Below are positions 56,526 through 64,000 of a DNA stretch of 64,000 nucleotides, in pieces; position 1 is the stretch's first letter, and every line of letters starts with the position of its first letter. The notes under the pieces were generated by a model. That model searched no databases, was not told the origin of the DNA, and worked only from the letters and a program-made list of their open reading frames with translations. Both the position numbers and the translations under genes were made by a program. This stretch comes from Chrysomallon squamiferum (lineage: Eukaryota > Animalia > Mollusca): contig CM022667.1 in assembly GCA_012295275.1 (NCBI GenBank), forward strand, positions 8,928,001-8,992,000. Direction: 5' to 3'.

Positions 56526-56985
56526 TGTTGTTGTTGTTACTATATTTAAATGAATTGATTCACGAGAGAACAAGGCTATAATAAATGATAGAAGTCAGCC
56601 TCATGTACTAGTTATTTTAATTTTTATACTTTATCATTAGCAAAGTTTGGACGCTAATAAAAATGCAATTAAAATAGTAACATGTAGTATTATATAAAAT
56701 TTATTACGACAGTTAACATATTATCATGAGTCAAAATAAGATTACGATGTAAGATATATTAAATATGTGTAAATCAAACTACGAGAATATATACGAGTTC
56801 GTTACGAAGATATTTCTAAGATATTTATTATACTTGAATAAATCAAGAAAATGTATAAGCTGACAGAAAATAAATTTGCTATAATTATAAAAACAACGAA
56901 ACAGATATAAATATGAAATCTTTTATATAAATATTTCTAGGGTACATTTATTGGAATGTGTACATACATGAACAGTGTGTGTGTG

Positions 56986-57032
<47 letters not shown>

Positions 57033-57122
57033 CTGTAATATTAACAATAACATAAATAAAACATGTTATATATAAATACAGAGATTTCAGTTATTTACTG
57101 ATTTAGTAATAATGAAATTAAA

Positions 57123-57188
<66 letters not shown>

Positions 57189-57272
57189 AATAAATAAATA
57201 ATAATAATAAAATAAGAATAAACTAATATATGCACACATCCACACACATGTACATAAATTAATATGAAATTC

Positions 57273-57307
<35 letters not shown>

Positions 57308-57811
57308 GTAAGTAAGAAGAAGAAGAAGAAGAAAAAAAAAAAAAAAACAACAATAACAACAAAAACAACAACAACAAAAATTATTAAAAAAAAAAAAAAA
57401 ACGCATTTCTTGTATAAATAAGGGATCTGCGTTGTTGATTTCATTGTATCGATCTGTATCAGCAATTACCATTGAAAATCGATTCCACACGAACCGTTAC
57501 GTGGCGGAATGCGACGGACGTGTCCAGGTGGAAATGAACACCTTTGTTCTGGCCGCTTTCTGTCCGCTTCACCGATATCCAGTCACGGTTCACCGACGAC
57601 GTGCACAGCAGAATGTTTATTATTTGTATTCAAATTTTAATTTCATTTTTTTTTTTTTTTTTTTTTTGGAATACACACAACAACAGAAACAAAATGCTGT
57701 TCTTTAAAGCTGAATGCGCTTACAGATGAAGGACAAATGAAAATGATGTGAAAATATCGACGAAGGAATTTTTATGATTCGTAAATCTGTTAAACAGGAT
57801 TTTTTTTCTTT

Positions 57812-57857
<46 letters not shown>

Positions 57858-59725
57858 TGTGTGTCAAGATGAACTGGATTATGGGATTACCGTGCTATTT
57901 ATAGAAAAAAGGGATTTCTAAAACTGCAGGTAAAAAAAATCCAGGTAATGTTTGACGAACGAATCATTTCTTCAAATCAATATTCTATCTCTCTCGGGTG
58001 ATCGTTCTTAGCGAGTTTGGACATCCGTGAAAATGAATAATTGATTAAGAATTTGTCTGAGATGGCGAATGCGTTGTTATTTTCAGTGTGATTACGTAAC
58101 GAAATATTATTTTGCTGAAGTGGATGATGGACGGACGAGTACAGTTAGGTCAGACGAATGGATGGTTACAAACAGACAGATGAACGGACAACTGGCGTTT
58201 TGAAAGCAAAATAAACAAACCGGAAATAATTACAGACAAGCTGTGACCATCTTTGTGCTAGTTACAGCAACAGAACAAATATAAAAGCAAATTATACTTA
58301 GGTAAATTACAAGTGTATGAAATATGCAAAGCAGTGTCTGTAAACAGTGTGAGAAGAACAGCTAAAGGTAATACTGAAAGGTAATAAATGAACTAGTATT
58401 TAATTCTATCAGTTATTTTTTTTTTAACGATCATAAATTTTCAGAATTGGGGTGTACATTCATTGCAAATAAATATTTACAGAGAACACGATTTTAGGTA
58501 ACGATCGAAAACCCGTCTGAAGCTGTTTGTTTCGTTTATTTCCAGGCTTCATCAGCATCGTCATCATCATTGTCAATGCACTTCCACTGTCATCATCATC
58601 ATTATTATCATTTTTATTTCATTTAGGACATCAGGAAATCATTATCGTCATTATTCTCTTCATTTCATCTTCATTATCGTCTAACCCTATTTTCATGTCT
58701 GTCTCTTCGTTTCAGCTGTTGACAGACTACTGCAAACAACACTCTAGATTTTACACACGAATGTCAGAGACGTATGCACATATTTGATATTCTCATCTTT
58801 TCACAGCGATATCTTAATGATGGCTGAATAATGACATGTAATGGCACGCATAATTAATATTCTCTTTCACGATAATTTAATTGGAGTTTGCTCAAAATGT
58901 CGAATCTTATAATGGCAACATGTACCGTGCAAACCAAATAAGTCTCAGTTTTCGTCATCTAGGAAAGAATCATATTCATGTCACAAACTGACCTTTATTT
59001 TTATGTCCTTACAGATGCGGTATTTGTTCCATCTGAGCATGATTTCTCTGGAGGCCATCTTTAATGGCGGCCAATCGTGTAAAAGCAACCAAAATGGAGA
59101 AATATTATAGCTGGACCGGTTCCCACGATTTGTGTTGCGCTTTCTAGTGTGTTATGGCGATACAGACGTGTGCCAGTGAAATTCTTTAGGAATATTTTGG
59201 GAATTTTTTTTATATGTGTTTATTATATATATATATATATATATATCTGTTTGTGTGTGATTCGAGAAATATTTGTGGAAATACCGATACTTTGGGAAAT
59301 ATTTACTTTATCAAAAGAAAAGAAAAAAAATGGGTTTGCTTATGAGAAGAAAGAGAAAAAGTAAGTAGAGTGTGAAAAATCATTTGACGTTTTTATTCAG
59401 TAATACCCTGAAAAAAAAAAAAAAAAAGATAATGAAGAAGAAATTCGAATATAAAAACCATTAACATATTATAACATTTTAAATCTCGCTAATAGTCTCA
59501 AACTCTAACAAGTATTATACAGTGTACTATATTTTTCTTTTCTTAATGTTTTTGTCCTGAAAGAGTTATTCCTCGTTGCCTGTCTGAAAGGTTTATGAAA
59601 TGTGTAAAAAGATAGGACTATATTTTTGGAAACACAGCTGTAACACTTGAAAACAACGCGTTCTTGTATACGTAATTAATCTAATTGCCGGAGTTTGTAT
59701 TTCATTTATAAATAGACAGTTACAG

Positions 59726-60720
59726 GCTGCTGCTACAACAATAACAACAACTACTACTGCTGCAACAATAACAACAACTACTACTGCTGCAGCAATAACA
59801 ACTACTACTACTGCTACAACAATAACAACTATTACTGCTACAACAATAATAACAACTACTACTGCTACAACAATAACAACAACTACTACTGCTACAACAA
59901 TAACAACAACTATTACTGCTACAGCAATAACAACAACTACTACTGCTACAACAATAACAACAACTACTACTGCTACAGCAATAACAACAACTACTACTGC
60001 TACAACAATAACAACAACTACTACTGCTACAGCAATAACAACAACTACTACTGCTACAACAATAACAACAACTACTACTGCTGCAGCAATAACAACTACT
60101 ACTACTGCTACAACAATAACAACAACTACTACTGCTGCTACAACAACAACTACTACTGCTGCAGCAATAACAACTACTACTGCTACAACAATAACAACAA
60201 CTACTACTGCTACAACAATAACAACAACTACTACTGCTACAACAATAACAACAACTACTACTGCTACAGCAATAACAACAACTACTACTGCTACAACAAT
60301 AACAACAACTACTACTGCTACAGCAATAACAACTACTACTACTGCTACAGCAATAACAACAACTACTACTGCTACAGCAATAACAACAACTACTACTGCT
60401 ACAACAACAACTACTACTGCTACAACAATAACAACAATTACTACTGCTACAACAATAACAACTACTACTGCTACAGCAATAACAACAACTACTACTACCA
60501 GAACAATAACAACAACTACTATTGCTACAACAATAACAACTACTAGTGCTACAACAATAACAACAACTACTGCTACAGCAATAATAACAACAACTACTGC
60601 TACAGCAACAATAACAACTACTATTGCTACAACAATAACAACTACTAGTGCTACAACAATAACAATTACTGCAGCGAAAACAACATCTACTGCTACTACA
60701 ACTAGAGCTGCTGCCACTAG
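59726..60720. repeat. ~1 kb compound trinucleotide minisatellite, ~24-30 bp unit (actactactgctacaacaataacaaca)
   Basis: More than 30 degenerate copies built from ACT/ACA/GCT/ATA triplets; source of the 374-aa Val-rich ORF. Confidence 0.95.
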
Positions 60721-63700
60721 TACTAATATTGCTGCTAGTAATATTACTATTACTAGTACTACTGCAGCTGTTGCTTTTACTACTATACTATTGTTATTAC
60801 TACCATTGTTATTATTACAACCACTACTACTACTACTGTTACTATTACTTCTAAACTACTATTACTAACTGCTGCTGCTGCTACTACTACTACTGTTACA
60901 CTACTTCTATGGTAGTAATAAAAGTAGTATTACTATTAATGCTATTATACTGATAATAATAATTGGAATACAAAGTCATGAAAAATTATTAGTAATTTAA
61001 ATACATTCGTTAATGTATGACTGCAACAGTCAAAGATTATTATTATTATTATTATTATTGTTATTGTATTTGTTATTACTGTTATTATTGTTGTTATTAC
61101 TGTTATTGTTGTTATAATATATTAATTTAAAATAAATAAATAAACAAACAAATAAACAAACAAATAAATAAATAAATAAATAAAACAAGTGTATTAATAA
61201 TTAACAAATAAACAGTAAATATATACACAAAATATGATTAAACAAACAAGCAAACAAATAAACAAACAAACAAACAAAAAATACAAAAATTAGTAAGGAT
61301 TAATTTAAAACCATGAAAAAGTTCTAATGTTTGGATAACTGCGTAATCAAAAAAAAAAAAAAAAAAAAAAAAAAACAAACAGAAACATAAATGTTTAAAT
61401 AATAAGGGAAAATGTAAGAAATAAAGAATGAAATTTAAAAATAAATGAATAAAAATAAAGAATATTAAAATGCATTGCAGAGCAACTAATATAACATAGA
61501 ACACAAATATAATGTAAACGTAAACACCAACTTTCATTTTCATTAATGAAAAAGTAATTATATGTTTTGTAAAGAAAGACGATATGTTAATTTGCTTTTA
61601 TTAAAAAAAAACATGAACGATTAAATGTCAAAATACTATAAACAAAAAATAAAAAAGAAGTAAAATAAAAAGTAAAAATAAACAAAATATAATAATGAAT
61701 GAAATAATTATCCAGCTTAATTGAAAACATGGATAGTCACTTAGTAACAAAGTCCATATCGTCACGTGATCAATATCGCCATGACGACGGAACAACAAGA
61801 TGGTCGCTGATAACAGAACACACTGCAGTAAAACAATTACTGATTCCAGTGTGTACCCACGTAATGAATCGAACGCGCTCACCTCCTAATTAATCATGGC
61901 CGTAATAGAAAAACTTGCTGATGTACGAGATAACTCTGTATTTCTTTCACTGCGAAAAGGTTATCGTTCACTGACTCATCTCCCCTTGCTACTTTTTACG
62001 GAGATCATTTTACGAATCAAAGGATCTTCATTAAAAGCACTGAACGTAAAGCGAAGCTTAATATTTACATGATTTTTTACCTTTGTTTTTGTTTTATTTT
62101 CTGTGTGTCCAGAAAGTATAACATTTCAAACGTCCTTCTGTCCCTCTCTGTTTTTTTTTTTTTTATCAGTTTGGTTTATTTATTTTATTTTCGTTATAAA
62201 ATCAAGCTATGATTAATTTTTTTTTTCGATTAACAAATAGAAATAGCGATCTGTCTTTCTCGTTTTGTCTCTTTTGTTCTCTGTCTGTCTGTTTAACTTT
62301 TAGCATATTTTTTATATGTTTCTACTCATAGTAATATAAATATTAATATTTATGACTATGTGCGCAAGTAGTCTCTAATGACTTTCGAACACACACACAC
62401 ACAAATACACGCACACACACACAGGCACACAAACGCACACAACACATGAATACGCATATACATATACATATACTGAAAATTCTGAATGTGATCATTATTC
62501 AGAATTTCATATGTTGCATCCACAGTTATAAACATTTATATAAGTTTACTTATCTAATGTATTTTTTAAATAATATGATTTAAGATATTTATTTATTAAT
62601 TTATTTTTATCTATTAATTTATTTATTCAGTATTTACTTATCCATTTTCTATTGAATTACTAGCAGAACGCCAACTACAGTCCAATAACTTCATATCACA
62701 AATTCACGCAACGGAAGTCAGGTTTTACGCTGTTAATCCAGATCACGTGATCTCTCTCCTTCATTTATCAAACGCCGACAATCTGGCGCACCTAGGACAC
62801 GTGATAATTTTGATTAACCTCTTTCATTTAACTTCTTTGTACCTCTTCATTACCGCAGGAAATCAGATTTGCTTTCGTAACGAGTATTAATTAAGCTGTA
62901 CCTGTGATGTCTGGCATTGTAAAGGAAAAAAAACCGTTAAGCGTTCGTTTGAAAGACGTTTTTTCATTAGGACTAGGAAAAAATCAAAATGATTGGTGTG
63001 AAAACTGCGGGGTTGAAGAGTTGCGGCCCGTTGCTTGTGCATCTGTTGTTAAGTGGGGTCGCTGGTAGTCAGTTTGTGTTCTGTTGTCAATTAGAAAAAA
63101 GAAAAACGACAACAACACTACAATAAGAATAAACCTAACATTCATGTGTATATATATATATTTATTTTCACACACGCACATACACACACAAATAGACAGT
63201 AATAAAGAAAGTAAAATTAAAACAACAGACAACAAATCTGTCTTCTAACAGGAGATACCCCAGCGTACTCGAGAAAGAAGGAAAGAAGAAGCTTTGATAT
63301 CACCTTGACAACGTTTGATTTTATGATATTTACAGATAAGCTGCTAAAATTACTGAATAAACCTTGCCAATCATGATCAAACATAACAGCAACAACAACA
63401 CAACAACAATAGCCGCAGCAACCAATAGCAATAAATAATATAATATAATATAATATAATATAATATAATATAATATAATATAAACAAATAATATAATAGA
63501 ACAAATAAACAAACAAACAAACAGAGAACAAATGAACAAACAAAAAATCAAATTATAAATAAATAAATAAATAAATAAATAAAACTAAACAAAACAAAAC
63601 AAACTATACTGTAACACAAATTTTAAAAATCGCCAACCCCCCCCCCAACAACAAATATTAATTAGATTACATTGAACGTTTACACTCAATAACTGTTTCG

Positions 63701-63838
63701 ATATCTTTACTACATCTTTATGATCTTTCACTCTTGATCCTAAATTACTTTTAGAATCTTTTTTTTTTGTACTTAAATCTGTAAAGCGTGCTTCAAAGCT
63801 GTATTAATTTAAAGTTTATATCTTATTTGTTTTCACAG

Positions 63839-63918
63839 CAGCGGCTCAGAAACTGAAGAAAATTAACGCCATCCACGAAATGTTCAAACAGCCGTCTGTG
63901 ACACTGACTGAACAGGAG
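63839..63918 (+). CDS. Orphan exon of a gene continuing beyond the right edge
   Basis: Strong acceptor (ttgttttcacag) and donor (GAG|gtgagt). One frame reads AAQKLKKINAIHEMFKQPSVTLTEQE and contains a possible start ATG. The family was not recognised. Confidence 0.5.
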
Positions 63919-64000
63919 GTGAGTGTGTTTTTAAAAAAATATAATGATTTAATTGTTTATTTAAGATGTACATTTTTAAAGCAGTTTTCTTATAGCTTCA

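Noticed and set aside
59593-60717. 374-aa Val/Ala/Ile ORF on the minus strand
   Set aside because: Translation of a trinucleotide-derived minisatellite with a non-ATG start and no protein-like complexity.

Overview
AT-rich, microsatellite-laden animal genomic DNA with GT-AG introns. It is most likely a spiralian or mollusc, inferred from the gene families. Most listed ORFs are microsatellite or antisense artefacts. Manual splicing gives these genes: (1) the 3' end of an Mpv17/PMP22-family gene (+); (2) a 3-exon divergent TALE homeobox gene of the spiralian-specific type (-); (3) a 6-exon gene for a signal peptide + single Ig-like domain + 3 TM protein (+); (4) EEPD1 with 8 coding exons (-) and apparently a long 5' intronic region; (5) a 6-exon secreted protein fusing a CpcT/CpeT (bilin lyase-like) domain to two VirK-like domains (+), interrupted by two single-base frameshifts; (6) a 3-exon secreted LamG/pentraxin-like + PAN/Apple protein (-); (7) an orphan exon at the right edge (+). 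The most unusual element is the intron-containing CpcT-VirK-VirK fusion, which is built from domains best known in bacteria. All family assignments come from motif recognition by eye; no database search was run.
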